DNA from: Patescibacteria group bacterium
GTDB lineage: Bacteria; Patescibacteriota; Patescibacteriia; UBA1558; GWA2-36-10
NCBI GenBank assembly: GCA_041665505.1
Contig: JBAYIR010000003.1
Span: 45,363 to 109,362, forward strand
Reading direction: 5' to 3'
DNA length: 64,000 bases
A program made the translations under genes and the position numbers. A model generated the notes under the pieces. That model ran no database searches. It saw only the letters and a list, made by a program, of their open reading frames with translations, and had not been told where the DNA came from. Every line of letters starts with the position of its first letter. The first letter of the stretch is position 1. Shown piece by piece: positions 1 through 11,099 of the stretch.

Positions 1-710
1 CCATATTAGCCAAGGCATCTACAGCTAATTCGGGTCTAGAGGTCCAAACTCATAATCCTTACCTAATGTTGGCTATTGGTGTAATTGTGTTTTTGGTAGC
101 CACCTATGTGCTTTGGAACATGGGTATAGCTGATAAGATAGCTTCTTATTTAAATAAATGGTATCTAACAAGTAGTACGGGAATATATACTAGATTTTTC
201 TTTGGTATGTTGATGTTGGGAGCTTCTGTCACTGCTCTTTTGGGTTTAGAACCAGTTTTGGGAGCTTTTGGTATCGGAGTAGTACTTTCTAAAGTAGACG
301 ACAAAATCAAACACGAAGCTTGGGAAAAAATTGAGGGCTTTATGCATATTTTCGTCGGTGCTTTTTTGGTCAGTATTGGTACAATGTTACCTCGTGCCTC
401 TTTGGTAAATTTTAAAGTTTGGTTGTGGGCAATATTATTTACGGTTTTAGCTTTTGTTGGTAAATATTTGGTTAAATATTTATTTAAAAATAAGCAAGAT
501 GGTAACTTAGTTGGTTTGGCTATGACTATTCGTGGTGAAGTTGGTTTGGTATTTGTGGCGGTAGCTTTGGCTAATAAGGCCTTAGATGAGACCATGGCTG
601 CTGCTGCACTACTGGCAGTAATTTTGGTGACAGTAGCTGGGGCTATAATTTTTGAAAAAGCAGTGATGAGAGAAACAAAATTGGAGAAAACGCAGAATAT
701 TGAAGCTTAG
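1..710 (+). CDS. cation:proton antiporter (CPA2/Kef-like), 5'-truncated by window edge
   Basis: Frame open from position 3 to ATG 66; multi-TM; LGAFGIG and RGEVGLVF motifs. Confidence 0.85.
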   Translation, partial: ILAKASTANSGLEVQTHNPYLMLAIGVIVFLVATYVLWNMGIADKIASYLNKWYLTSSTGIYTRFFFGMLMLGASVTALLGLEPVLGAFGIGVVLSKVDDKIKHEAWEKIEGFMHIFVGAFLVSIGTMLPRASLVNFKVWLWAILFTVLAFVGKYLVKYLFKNKQDGNLVGLAMTIRGEVGLVFVAVALANKALDETMAAAALLAVILVTVAGAIIFEKAVMRETKLEKTQNIEA

Positions 711-736
711 TTTAAAGTGTAAATAAAATTTTAATT

Positions 737-772
737 CTCAGCCCTGAGTCTATTCAAGGGGCTGAGTTTTTT
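737..772 (+). terminator. intrinsic terminator
   Basis: CTCAGCCC...GGGCTGAG stem followed by T-tract. Confidence 0.7.
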
Positions 773-818
773 ATTTTATGTATTTGTGTTAAAATATGAT
801 TATAATATAAAAATATTT

Positions 819-1769
819 ATGCTTACTTATACATTATTTATTGCTGGTTTTTATTTCTTGATTAAGGGTGCTAGCTATTTGGTGGACGGTGCTTCTTCTA
901 TTGCCAAAAAATTTAAAGTTTCTAATCTGATGATTGGATTGACCATTGTGGCTTTTGGCACTTCAGCTCCAGAATTGATTGTTAATTTATTTGCCTCTTT
1001 CAGAGGTAGTAGTGATTTGGCTATTACCAATATTGTTGGCTCAAATATTGCTAATATTTTACTTATTTTAGGTATATCGGCCATTATATTTCCTTTAGCT
1101 GTAAAAAAAGGTACAGTAATTAAGGAAATACCCCTTAGTTTTTTAGCGGTGTTGGTGTTATGGTTTTTGGTCAATGACATGATGATTGATCATTTGAGTT
1201 TTTCAGCTTTAACTAGAATAGATGGGGCTATTTTGATAGCTTTTTTTATAATATTTATATATTATACTTTTGGTTTATCTAAAGCTGAAGGCGATGGGGA
1301 AGATATAAAAGAATATAAAACTTGGCAGTCTATCATTATGGTTATAGCTGGAGTAGTGGCTTTGACTCTAGGTGGTCAGTGGATAGTAGATGGGGCTACT
1401 AAAATTGCTTTAAAATTTGGGATGAGTGAATCACTAATCGGCTTGACTATAGTGGCAGTTGGCACTTCATTACCAGAATTAGCCGCCAGTGCTGTAGCGG
1501 CTTATAAACATAAAGCTGATATCGCTATTGGTAATGTGGTGGGGTCAAATATTTTTAATATATTTTGGATTTTGGGCATTAGTGCTTTGGTTCGTCCTTT
1601 AGTTTTTTCACCTATTTTAAATATCGATATTTATTTTATGGCTTTGGTGACACTAATATTATTTTTGTTTATGTTTATTGGTAAAAAAGGTATTTTACAA
1701 AAATGGCAAGGTATTAGTATGATTAGTATTTATATAATTTATATAGTTTATCTAATTAATAGGGGATAA
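819..1769 (+). CDS. calcium/sodium antiporter (YrbG/CaCA family)
   Basis: Two alpha repeats GTSAPE...GSNIAN and GTSLPE...GSNIFN; ATG 819 preferred over 786. Confidence 0.92.
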   Translation: MLTYTLFIAGFYFLIKGASYLVDGASSIAKKFKVSNLMIGLTIVAFGTSAPELIVNLFASFRGSSDLAITNIVGSNIANILLILGISAIIFPLAVKKGTVIKEIPLSFLAVLVLWFLVNDMMIDHLSFSALTRIDGAILIAFFIIFIYYTFGLSKAEGDGEDIKEYKTWQSIIMVIAGVVALTLGGQWIVDGATKIALKFGMSESLIGLTIVAVGTSLPELAASAVAAYKHKADIAIGNVVGSNIFNIFWILGISALVRPLVFSPILNIDIYFMALVTLILFLFMFIGKKGILQKWQGISMISIYIIYIVYLINRG

Positions 1770-1773
1770 TATT

Positions 1774-3405
1774 ATGGAAAATTTGGAAAATAATAATCAA
1801 GTCAGTAATACTTCAGAAAGTCAAATTAAGGCAGTTGATCCACAACAAAATATTCCTATACCTCAAGCTTTAGAGGAGAGGATAGCTCAACAAGCCACTA
1901 AAGGCAATCATTCTAGAGCTAGAATATGGTTGCTGGTTTCAGTAGTGGTTTTATTTGTTTTAGTCGGTGTAGGAGGTTTTTGGTATTATGCCCAAGGTCA
2001 AGCTTGGTTATTGCTCAGACAAGCCAAATGGTCTTGGGGTGATAGTACTTTAGAAAATTATCAGCAAGATACTAATTTATCATTGGCTATTAGTACTAGT
2101 GGTAATAGTGATCAACCGGCTGCAGCCAGCACACTCTTAGGTGGTAAAAAATTTGACATAGATATCACTACTCAGCAAAAAAATATAGCCACTAATATGG
2201 AGGCAGATATAAATCTTAAAGCTAAATCAGATAATGTAAATTTTGATATTAAACTTAAGACCAAAAAAATAGATGATAAACTTTATTTATTTATTGATGT
2301 GGGTGATATTAAAGATTTGTTGGGCGGTTTAGTACCAGTACCAGATTTTGGTGACACTTGGTTAGCAACTGATATTAAAAATTCTTATAATATTAGTTTA
2401 GATAAAGCCAAAGAAACTAAAGTCAATACAAAATTTAATGAATTTTTGGATAAATTAATAACGGAGAGAGTTTTTGATATCAAGGACCTTAAAAAAGATC
2501 AAAATGGCTTTAGAAAAATACAATTAAATGTTAAAGCCAATAAAATTGATAATTTTATATTATCGACTATCAACTACGGAGCAGATATTTATGAAATAGT
2601 TTCGGAAGTAGATGAAGTAGATAAAGATTCTTTAACTTACAAGAATTATAGAGAAGAAAATATCAAGAATTTTGAAAAAATGAAAACAGACAAGCCAGCT
2701 GAATGGGAAAAAATGAAAACAGCCTTGGTTAGTATAGATTTTATGATTTTATTGGATGAAGACACCAAAATAATTCATGGTCTAGAGCTATATTTAAATA
2801 ATGTAGTTTTTGATTCAGCTGGTGTTTCCACTACTGTTTTAGGCAATATAAAATATTTGATTAAACCTATTGAGGCTTATCAGATAATCAAGCCTACTAA
2901 TGTCAAAGAGATTGGTGACTGGCAAGAAATTTTTACTCCGACTCTAGTTGAACCAAATGAGACAAGCTATTTTTCTGATGATGTTGACAGTGACCAAGAT
3001 GGTTTGAGTGATTTGGCAGAATCTCTTTATGGTACCCAGATAGATAATTCTGATAGTGATGGTGATGGTTATTTAGACGGTCAAGAAGTGGATAATGGTT
3101 ATAATCCCATGGGGGAGGGCTCTTTGGATAAAGAAAAATTAATTGATAAAAATTATGCCTATCAGCAAGCCACTAAAGCTAGAAATATATGTGAAGAGGA
3201 TGGGGGTTTATGGAAATATGATTTCGATTTTAATACCATAGATAATATTATAGCTATAGATGATAAATGTTATGAGTATAAGGATGCCTTATCTTGCCAA
3301 AGTGATAGTAATTGTGTTTTTAACGGGGGAGAATGTTTTATGAATATTTGCCAGTGCCCAGTTGGTAAAATATTTGATCTGCGTGAACTGAGTGGTTGTA
3401 AATAA
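1774..3405 (+). CDS. membrane-anchored surface protein with TSP3-like Ca-binding repeats and Cys-rich C-terminus
   Basis: One N-terminal TM; DSDQDGLSD and DSDGDGYLDGQE motifs. Confidence 0.7.
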   Translation: MENLENNNQVSNTSESQIKAVDPQQNIPIPQALEERIAQQATKGNHSRARIWLLVSVVVLFVLVGVGGFWYYAQGQAWLLLRQAKWSWGDSTLENYQQDTNLSLAISTSGNSDQPAAASTLLGGKKFDIDITTQQKNIATNMEADINLKAKSDNVNFDIKLKTKKIDDKLYLFIDVGDIKDLLGGLVPVPDFGDTWLATDIKNSYNISLDKAKETKVNTKFNEFLDKLITERVFDIKDLKKDQNGFRKIQLNVKANKIDNFILSTINYGADIYEIVSEVDEVDKDSLTYKNYREENIKNFEKMKTDKPAEWEKMKTALVSIDFMILLDEDTKIIHGLELYLNNVVFDSAGVSTTVLGNIKYLIKPIEAYQIIKPTNVKEIGDWQEIFTPTLVEPNETSYFSDDVDSDQDGLSDLAESLYGTQIDNSDSDGDGYLDGQEVDNGYNPMGEGSLDKEKLIDKNYAYQQATKARNICEEDGGLWKYDFDFNTIDNIIAIDDKCYEYKDALSCQSDSNCVFNGGECFMNICQCPVGKIFDLRELSGCK

Positions 3406-3420
3406 TATTTAAGATATTTT

Positions 3421-3459
3421 AATCCATCCAGCCCCTCGCGAAGGGCTGGATGGATTTTT
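3421..3459. terminator. terminator between convergent genes
   Basis: AATCCATCCAGCCC...GGGCTGGATGGATT 14-bp stem. Confidence 0.8.
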
Positions 3460-3488
3460 GTTTTAACAATTTTTGTAGAGTTGGAGAA

Positions 3489-4817
3489 TTATTTAATATA
3501 GTTTAGAGGATTTTTCTTTGCTTCATTAACTCGTACTTCAAAGTGAAGATGTGGTCCAGTAGACCGACCAGTTGATCCTACCAAGGCAATAGTTTGACCA
3601 CGCGAAACTGAATCACCAGCTGATACTAATACTTTGCTAGCATGCCCATAAAGAGTTTTCAGGCCATTACCATGATTTATTATTACATAATTTCCATAAC
3701 CACCACTATTCCAGCCAGCTTTTTCTACTTTACCAGCCTCAGCTGCATAGATTGGATTGCCAGTTTTGTCACCAACATCTAAACCAGAATGACCCCAGTG
3801 GTAGTATTGAGTAATTTTATGACTAAGCAAAGGCCAGAGTAGCTTGGTACCAGTATTTACATCATCAGCATCGGGCGGTATGACATTGGAGCTACTGTTG
3901 GAGCTACTATTTGATTTAGGAGGAGTATATGAGGATACTATTTTAGTCGGAGGTACACCATCAGGAATAAATAACATATCACCAATACTAATATCAGATG
4001 AATCAGCTAGTTTATTAGCGGCTACAATTTTTTCTGCTTCAGTTTGATATTTTTTGGCTATAGCCAAAATTGTGTCACCTGATTTTACTTTATGATTAAT
4101 ACCAGAATCTTGTAAGATATTTAATTTTTGACCGGCACGAATAGTGCTATTCCAAGTCAAATCATTTTCCCATAAAATAGTATTGGCTGATACACCAAAT
4201 TTTTCGGCAATACTACCTATGACATCGCCTGCTTGGACAGTATATTCAACTAATTTGGTTCTAGATATTTCATTTGGTGTTTCACTAGAGTCAAGGGTGT
4301 CTTCTGGACTAAGTAGTACCAAGCTAGATGAATCTGGTGACACCCCAGCTCCCAAATCTTCTTCTTCTGCAAAAGGAGTGGCTACCACCAATTGTTGTAA
4401 GGCCCCTTGTTCATCTAGATAATTTACTACTGGAGCTTGATTTATAGCCGGACCAGTTTCTTCTATTAATTCACTCCAAGAAGCTGTTTCATCTTCACTA
4501 GCGGGTATGATATTGGATAAGAGAGTGCGATTGGCGTATTCGTCAGTACTATAATTTTGAGCAAATATATTATTGGTAGTGACTGATATAATGATAATAA
4601 CAATAATGGCACTCGGTAAATATTTTTTAACCAGTATAATATAGTTTATATTGTCAAATTTTATATTTTTGGATTTTATCCTTATTTTTAGGATATTTCT
4701 ATAAACTAGTAGTATACTAGGTAAAAATGTATATTTACCTAGCCAAAGTAAAGATAAACCAAAAAAGGCACCTAATTTTAGCGATTTATTGTATAAATAA
4801 ACCAAGGTGTCGGCCAA
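3489..4817 (-). CDS. LysM x2 + M23 peptidase (cell-wall endopeptidase)
   Basis: YTVQAGD and HKVKSGD LysM domains; HSGLD, YGH and HLH M23 motifs. Confidence 0.92.
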   Translation of the reverse strand: MADTLVYLYNKSLKLGAFFGLSLLWLGKYTFLPSILLVYRNILKIRIKSKNIKFDNINYIILVKKYLPSAIIVIIIISVTTNNIFAQNYSTDEYANRTLLSNIIPASEDETASWSELIEETGPAINQAPVVNYLDEQGALQQLVVATPFAEEEDLGAGVSPDSSSLVLLSPEDTLDSSETPNEISRTKLVEYTVQAGDVIGSIAEKFGVSANTILWENDLTWNSTIRAGQKLNILQDSGINHKVKSGDTILAIAKKYQTEAEKIVAANKLADSSDISIGDMLFIPDGVPPTKIVSSYTPPKSNSSSNSSSNVIPPDADDVNTGTKLLWPLLSHKITQYYHWGHSGLDVGDKTGNPIYAAEAGKVEKAGWNSGGYGNYVIINHGNGLKTLYGHASKVLVSAGDSVSRGQTIALVGSTGRSTGPHLHFEVRVNEAKKNPLNYIK

Positions 4818-5057
4818 GCGGATAGCTAGTTTATTAAATATTTTTTTGATAAAAAGACTAATATAGTTAGCTTAATATTTAAATATTTTCATAGTATAAA
4901 TGATAACATATCAGAACATATTTTAACAGTCAAGCTCTATTTTGTTAGATTAAACATTTTTGTCAGCAGTTGTTTTTAAATTAAAATCCTTGTGGGTTTT
5001 AATTTGATTTTTTAGCTAGCAAATGATAAAATTTGACTACGATTTTGTAAAATCTAT

Positions 5058-7481
5058 ATGAAATATCAACCGAGTAAAATTGAAAAAAAATGGCAAAAGT
5101 ATTGGGAAGATAATAATACTTTTGTCACTAAAGATAATGCCGAGGCGGCCAAATTTTACGCTTTGGTAGAATTTCCTTACCCTTCCGGTGAAGGTTTGCA
5201 CACGGGGCATCTTAGATCTTATACAGCTTTAGATATTATTTGCCGTAAAAAAAGAATGGAAGGCAAAAATACTTTATTTCCCATGGGTATGGATGCTTTT
5301 GGTTTACCAGCCGAAAATTATGCTATCAAGACCAATACTCATCCACAGATTACTACTCGTAAAAATATAGATAATTTTGTTCGTCAGCTCAAGGGCACAG
5401 GTTTGGCTTTTGACTGGTCTCGCTTTATAGAAACTACTGATCCAAAATATTACAAATGGACACAGTGGATTTTTATCCAGATGTTTAAAAAGGGCTTGGC
5501 TTATAAAGCTAGTGAAAATATTAATTGGTGTATTTCTTGTAAGATTGGTTTGGCCAATGAAGAAGTAGTGGGTGGGGTTTGTGAAAGATGTGGGGGAGAG
5601 GTAATCAAAAAACAAAAAGAACAATGGATGCTCAAAATCACAGATTATGCTGATCGTTTACTGGCTGGTTTAGACAAGGTAGATTTTTTGACCACTATCA
5701 AAAAACAACAAAGTGATTGGATTGGACAGAGTCATGGTGCAGAAATAGATTTTCCCATATTAGATAGCGATGAAAAATTAAAAGTTTTTACTACTCGTCC
5801 GGATACTTTATTTGGAGTAACTTTTATGGTTTTGGCTCCTGAACATCCTATACTGCAAAAGTTGGAAAAAAATATTAAAAATATTTCAGAGCTTAAAGAG
5901 TATATAGAGGCCGCTAGTAAAAAAACTGATCTAGAGCGAGCTAGTGAAGATAAAGCTAAAACAGGGATTAAACTACAGGGCCTTAAGGCTATTAATCCAG
6001 TCAATAATGAAGCTTTAGCTATTTTTGTGGCTGATTATGTAATGATGACTTATGGCACTGGAGCCATTATGGCTGTACCAGCCCATGACGAGCGTGATTG
6101 GGATTTTGCTAAAAAGTATAATTTAGAAATAAGGGAAGTCATTAGTGGTGGTGATGTCAGTCAGAGTGCTTATACTAATACACAAACAGGTCAGATGCTA
6201 AATTCTGGTGAATATAATGGTTTGCTGGTTAAAGATTTTCAAACTAAAATAGTAAAATATTTAGAAGATAAAAAATTTGGTCAAGCAGCCACACATTATA
6301 AATTACATGATTGGATTTTTTCTCGTCAGAGATATTGGGGAGAGCCAATTCCAATGGTCTATTGTCAAAACTGCGCTTGGCAGCCGCTGGATGAAAAAGA
6401 TTTGCCGCTGACGCTACCAGAGATAGATAATTTTAAACCTGGTGAAAATGGTGAGTCACCTTTGGCTGGTATAACTGATTGGGTAAATACTACTTGTCCA
6501 AAATGTGGTCAAGCGGCTAAACGTGAAACAGACGTGATGCCAAATTGGGCTGGCTCCAATTGGTATTTTATTCGTTATTTGGATCCACATAATGATACAG
6601 AATTAGTTAGCAGACAAAAAGCTGATTATTGGTTGCCAGTTGATTGGTATAATGGCGGTATGGAACATGTCACTCTTCATTTACTTTATTCTAGATTTGT
6701 TTACAAATTTTTGGCTGATATTGGTATTGTGCCAAAGAATAAAAATATTGGAGACGAGCCTTATACCAAGCGTACTGCTCAGGGCATGATACTAGGTGAA
6801 GGTGGCATCAAGATGTCTAAATCCAAAGGTAATGTCATAAATCCTGATGCTTATTTGGAGAAGTATGGGGCAGATACAGTTAGAACTTATGAAATGTTTA
6901 TGGGGCCTTTTGATCAATCAATAAGTTGGGATGACAAAGGTGTGATGGGTGTTTTTAGATTTTTAAATAAAGTTTGGGATTTACAAAACAAAGTTAGCGA
7001 GCTAGAAATAGATAAAGCCACTCAAATTTTACTTCACAAAAGTATCAAAAAAGTCGGTGAGGATATTGATAGCATGCGCTTTAATACAGCAGTGTCTCAA
7101 ATGATGATTTTGGTTAATTTTCTAGATAAACAAACATCTATAGCTAAAGACGTTTTTGCTGATTTTATACTAATATTAGCTCCTTTTGCTCCACATATGG
7201 CTGAGGAAATGTGGCAGATTCTTGGTCATCAGACCAGTTTAGCTGATTATGCTTGGCCAAAATATGATTCAAAATTGGCTCAAGACGAAAGAGTAATTAT
7301 TGGTATTCAAATCAATGGTAAAGTGCGTGATGAAATAGAATTGGATTTTGATACTGAACCATCAAAAGATTTGGAAAAAGAAATATTAGCTAGAGAAAAA
7401 GTAGCTAGAAATATTTTGGGTAAAGATATAGTAAAGTTTATACACATTAAAAATAAAATAATTAGCATTGTCGTTAAATAA
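5058..7481 (+). CDS. leuS: leucine--tRNA ligase
   Basis: FPYPSG, HTGH, FTTRPDTLFG, SRQRYWG, KMSKS. Confidence 0.98.
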   Translation: MKYQPSKIEKKWQKYWEDNNTFVTKDNAEAAKFYALVEFPYPSGEGLHTGHLRSYTALDIICRKKRMEGKNTLFPMGMDAFGLPAENYAIKTNTHPQITTRKNIDNFVRQLKGTGLAFDWSRFIETTDPKYYKWTQWIFIQMFKKGLAYKASENINWCISCKIGLANEEVVGGVCERCGGEVIKKQKEQWMLKITDYADRLLAGLDKVDFLTTIKKQQSDWIGQSHGAEIDFPILDSDEKLKVFTTRPDTLFGVTFMVLAPEHPILQKLEKNIKNISELKEYIEAASKKTDLERASEDKAKTGIKLQGLKAINPVNNEALAIFVADYVMMTYGTGAIMAVPAHDERDWDFAKKYNLEIREVISGGDVSQSAYTNTQTGQMLNSGEYNGLLVKDFQTKIVKYLEDKKFGQAATHYKLHDWIFSRQRYWGEPIPMVYCQNCAWQPLDEKDLPLTLPEIDNFKPGENGESPLAGITDWVNTTCPKCGQAAKRETDVMPNWAGSNWYFIRYLDPHNDTELVSRQKADYWLPVDWYNGGMEHVTLHLLYSRFVYKFLADIGIVPKNKNIGDEPYTKRTAQGMILGEGGIKMSKSKGNVINPDAYLEKYGADTVRTYEMFMGPFDQSISWDDKGVMGVFRFLNKVWDLQNKVSELEIDKATQILLHKSIKKVGEDIDSMRFNTAVSQMMILVNFLDKQTSIAKDVFADFILILAPFAPHMAEEMWQILGHQTSLADYAWPKYDSKLAQDERVIIGIQINGKVRDEIELDFDTEPSKDLEKEILAREKVARNILGKDIVKFIHIKNKIISIVVK

Positions 7482-7532
7482 TTATTATTTATGAGTTTAC
7501 TTAAATAGTTGCGACGGCTAAGTTTGAATATT

Positions 7533-8144
7533 ATGATAGAGATAAAATTAACTAAAGATAATAAAGCACAAGTTTTACAAACAGCTATTGAAGTTTTAAA
7601 TAAGGGTGGAATAATAATTTATCCCACAGAGACTTCTTATGGTTTGGGTTGTGATTTTTATAATACCAAAGCCAACAATAAGATTTATAAAATAAAAGGA
7701 CGTGGTAAGAAAAAACCATTATCAGTTATTGTACCAGATGTTATAGCCGCTAGTTATCTAATTAATTTTTCTGACCAGTCTAGGCGTCTAGCTTTAGAAT
7801 ATTGGCCAGGACCTTTGACTTTAGTTTTGCCATATAAATATTGTAAATTACAAAACCATTGTGATGATTATTTGGCACTAAGAGTATCAAGTCATCCTTT
7901 TGCTAGCTATTTGTCTATTAATTTTGGTAAGCCGATAGTAGCTACTTCCGCCAATATAAGTGGTCAGTCAGATTGCTATACGCCAGAAGAAATTATGAAT
8001 CAATTTAAAGATTTAGAAACAAAAGCAGATTTATTTATTAATGCTGGCAACTTACCTAGAAAAGCTACTTCTACTATTATAAAATTCGTTGAAGATAGGG
8101 GAGAAATTCTTCGCCAAGGAGATATAAAAATATCTCTTATTTAA
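7533..8144 (+). CDS. tsaC: L-threonylcarbamoyladenylate synthase (Sua5/YrdC)
   Basis: YPTETSYGLG, IKGR, WPGPLT, TSANISG; ATG 7533 preferred. Confidence 0.93.
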   Translation: MIEIKLTKDNKAQVLQTAIEVLNKGGIIIYPTETSYGLGCDFYNTKANNKIYKIKGRGKKKPLSVIVPDVIAASYLINFSDQSRRLALEYWPGPLTLVLPYKYCKLQNHCDDYLALRVSSHPFASYLSINFGKPIVATSANISGQSDCYTPEEIMNQFKDLETKADLFINAGNLPRKATSTIIKFVEDRGEILRQGDIKISLI

Positions 8145-8168
8145 ACTAGGCGATTAAAAATAAAAATT

Positions 8169-9344
8169 ATGATGCACTTTATTAGGAGTTTTTTGCCTCA
8201 TCATATGAGGCGTCAAGTTAAAGAGCTATTTATCTTTACTAGCTTGATAGATTTTGCTTTAGCTTTGGTGACAATTTTTGAACCAATTTATCTTTATAAG
8301 ATTGGCTATGGGCTAAGTGAGATAATGTTTTTTTATTTTGTAGTTTATATTTTATATTTTGTTATTGTGCCAGTCGGAGCCAAATTTGCTCATCGTTTTG
8401 GTTATGAATTAGGCATGTTTGTTGGTTCCGGCTTCTTCATCGCTTTTTATCTGTCTTTATTTTTTATAGATAAATACCCTATTTTATTTTTTATTACGCC
8501 TATAATCTTCGCTATTCAAAAAATGTTTTATTGGCCAGCTTATCATGCTAATTTTGCTAGATTTTCTGATAAGGAGGAGCAGGGCAAACAAATTAGCGTG
8601 GTCAATGTAGCCACTTCGGCAATTTTTATTATTGGTCCGGTCTTGGCTGGTTTTATTATTTCTCAGTGGGGTTATGGAGCTTTGTTTATTGTAGCTTCTA
8701 TTATATTTTTGTCTTCCAATATTCCTACTCTACTCACCAAAGAGAGTTTCAAACCCAGTAGTTTTTCTTATCGGAGAGCTTATCAGGATCTTTTTAGTAA
8801 AGAAAATCGTCAGAGTTTTTTGGGCTATGTTGGCTTTGGTGAAGAGCTAATTGCTGTTATCATTTGGCCGGTATTTATTTCTATTGTGATTGTCAATGTT
8901 TTTGATTTAGGTCTAGTAGTTACGCTAGCTACTTTTATTACTACTTTAGTGGTTTTTTATATTGGTAAATTGACGGATTCTAAAAACAAAAGAAAAATTT
9001 TATCTCTCGGTGCTTATATTTATGCGCTGGCTTGGTTTTTTAGAATATTTATTATAAATACTGCGGGAGTATTTTTTGTAGATACTCTTTCTAGATTAGG
9101 TAAAAATATAATTTCTGTGCCTTTGATAGCTTTGACTTATGAAAAAGCCAAAGAGCAAGAAGCTAATAAAGAAAGAGTAATAATGAGTCGAGTACTATTT
9201 TTTGAAATGGCTTTAATTGTTGGTAAACTTCTGGCTATTATAATTATTTTTATTTTGACTTATTTTATAGCTGATGAAGCCCTGGCTTTTAAAATAACTT
9301 TTATACTGGGCGGAGCCATGACTTTACTTTATATGTTGCTTTAA
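8169..9344 (+). CDS. MFS transporter
   Basis: About 12 TM segments; IGKLTD loop; IIGPVLAG. Confidence 0.8.
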   Translation: MMHFIRSFLPHHMRRQVKELFIFTSLIDFALALVTIFEPIYLYKIGYGLSEIMFFYFVVYILYFVIVPVGAKFAHRFGYELGMFVGSGFFIAFYLSLFFIDKYPILFFITPIIFAIQKMFYWPAYHANFARFSDKEEQGKQISVVNVATSAIFIIGPVLAGFIISQWGYGALFIVASIIFLSSNIPTLLTKESFKPSSFSYRRAYQDLFSKENRQSFLGYVGFGEELIAVIIWPVFISIVIVNVFDLGLVVTLATFITTLVVFYIGKLTDSKNKRKILSLGAYIYALAWFFRIFIINTAGVFFVDTLSRLGKNIISVPLIALTYEKAKEQEANKERVIMSRVLFFEMALIVGKLLAIIIIFILTYFIADEALAFKITFILGGAMTLLYMLL

Positions 9345-9348
9345 TTTT

Positions 9349-10179
9349 ATGACCATAGAGCAATTAGAGTTTTTGTTAAAAACATATCATCTAACGCCCA
9401 ATAAAATACGGGGGCAGAATTTTTTGATTTCCGATGAAGTACTAGATGATATTGTGGCTAGCTCAAAAATTGATAAAGAAACACTAGTGCTAGAGGTAGG
9501 GCCAGGTTTGGGTGCTTTGACGCAAAGACTAATAGCTAGCGCCAAGCAAGTAGTGGCTTTGGAGATTGATCATAATTTTAAAATAGTGCTTGATAAATTG
9601 GTCAAGGTCAATAAAAATTTAGAAATTATTTGGCAAGATATCTTATCTTTAACAGACCAAAAGTGGCAAGCTATTTTGGATAGGTATAATTTTAGGGATT
9701 ATAAAATAGTAGCCAATATTCCATATTATCTGACTGGTAAGTTTATACAAAAATTTGTTTTGGCTGACAAAAAACCGCTTAGTATGACTTTGATGTTACA
9801 GAAAGAAGTAGCTCAAAGGGTGGTAGACAACAAAAAACAAAGCCTCTTGTCACTAGCAGTGGCTTTTTATGCTAAGAGCCAGCTAATTCGGATTGTGACT
9901 AGAAATAATTTTTATCCTCAACCCAAAGTAGATTCAGCTATACTCTATATATATGATATTCATAGTTGGAATTATGATGTGCCTGAGAAAAAAACTTGGC
10001 AGATTGTCAAACGGGGTTTTGCTTTTAAAAGAAAAAAACTTTTCAATAACCTATTGAGTGATCAGAATATAGATAAGGAAAAATTGCAGGCTATATTTAG
10101 CAAAATAGGCCTAGATCTTAATATCAGAGCGGAAAAATTGAGAGTAGATGATTGGTTAAATATAGTAAAATATTTATAA
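9349..10179 (+). CDS. rsmA: 16S rRNA dimethyladenosine transferase KsgA/RsmA
   Basis: GQNFL, EVGPGLG, ANIPYY, QKEVA, PKVDSA. Confidence 0.96.
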   Translation: MTIEQLEFLLKTYHLTPNKIRGQNFLISDEVLDDIVASSKIDKETLVLEVGPGLGALTQRLIASAKQVVALEIDHNFKIVLDKLVKVNKNLEIIWQDILSLTDQKWQAILDRYNFRDYKIVANIPYYLTGKFIQKFVLADKKPLSMTLMLQKEVAQRVVDNKKQSLLSLAVAFYAKSQLIRIVTRNNFYPQPKVDSAILYIYDIHSWNYDVPEKKTWQIVKRGFAFKRKKLFNNLLSDQNIDKEKLQAIFSKIGLDLNIRAEKLRVDDWLNIVKYL

Positions 10180-10272
10180 AAACTTCTGGGGATAAATTGG
10201 CTAGGAGTTTTTTTAAAACCCTTTGGTTATTTTATAATTTTGTGTTATAATATACACAAGTTAATAAATTGG

Positions 10273-11079
10273 ATGACTGAAAAATTTGACAAAAATAATA
10301 ATCTGCAATCCCTAGATCAAGAAGCTCTAGTTGGCGACAATTATACCGCTAATTTAGACAAAGATAATCAGGCATTATACCCTACGCAAAAGAGCCATAA
10401 ACATCTAAAGTTTTGGTCTTTTTTAATTTTAGTAATTTTTATAATTTTTCTTAGTGGCTATCGTTTTTATAGTAATATTTTTGATCCTCTGAAGTATGAT
10501 GTACCAGATTGGCTAGCCAATCAAATAAGCTCAGAGGAGCAAGCAGCCAAAACCATTGCTGAGCTCAAAGAAAGTGACACTGATCAAGATGGTTTGACAG
10601 ATTATCAAGAAATTTATCAATACTACACTAGTATGTTTTTGCCAGATACTGATAGTGATGGTTTTACTGATGCCGAAGAGGTTAATCTTGGTCAAGATCC
10701 AGTTTGTCCAATTGGCGAGTCTTGTAATTTATTAAGATTGATTACTCCCAATACTAAATTATCTAGTATTATCCAAGATATTAATTTGGATGCTGATTTG
10801 ACTGTTCAAACAGCAGCGGTAGCAGAGTTTAGGAAATTTTTAGAAGCCAATGGTATGGATAAGGCGGAGTTAGACGCTCTGACAGATGAAGATCTTTTGG
10901 CCATTTTTAGGATAGTAGATGAAAGTAACATTTTAGATGGAGACCAGCTTAGTGCCAGTACTACGCCAGGTCAAATTAGGGAATTTTTATTGTTGTTACC
11001 CGGTGTTGATCCAGTAGAAATCAATGCCATGACTGATGAAGAATTAATAATTATTGCTGAGGATTTGATAGCCAAATAA
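10273..11079 (+). CDS. membrane-anchored protein with TSP3-like Ca-binding repeats
   Basis: One TM; DTDQDGLTD and DTDSDGFTDAEE; ATG 10273 preferred. Confidence 0.7.
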   Translation: MTEKFDKNNNLQSLDQEALVGDNYTANLDKDNQALYPTQKSHKHLKFWSFLILVIFIIFLSGYRFYSNIFDPLKYDVPDWLANQISSEEQAAKTIAELKESDTDQDGLTDYQEIYQYYTSMFLPDTDSDGFTDAEEVNLGQDPVCPIGESCNLLRLITPNTKLSSIIQDINLDADLTVQTAAVAEFRKFLEANGMDKAELDALTDEDLLAIFRIVDESNILDGDQLSASTTPGQIREFLLLLPGVDPVEINAMTDEELIIIAEDLIAK

Positions 11080-11099
11080 TAAAACAAGTAACATATAGT

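Noticed and set aside
4818-5057. T-box leader for leuS
   Set aside because: AT-rich spacer without T-box motif or terminator stem
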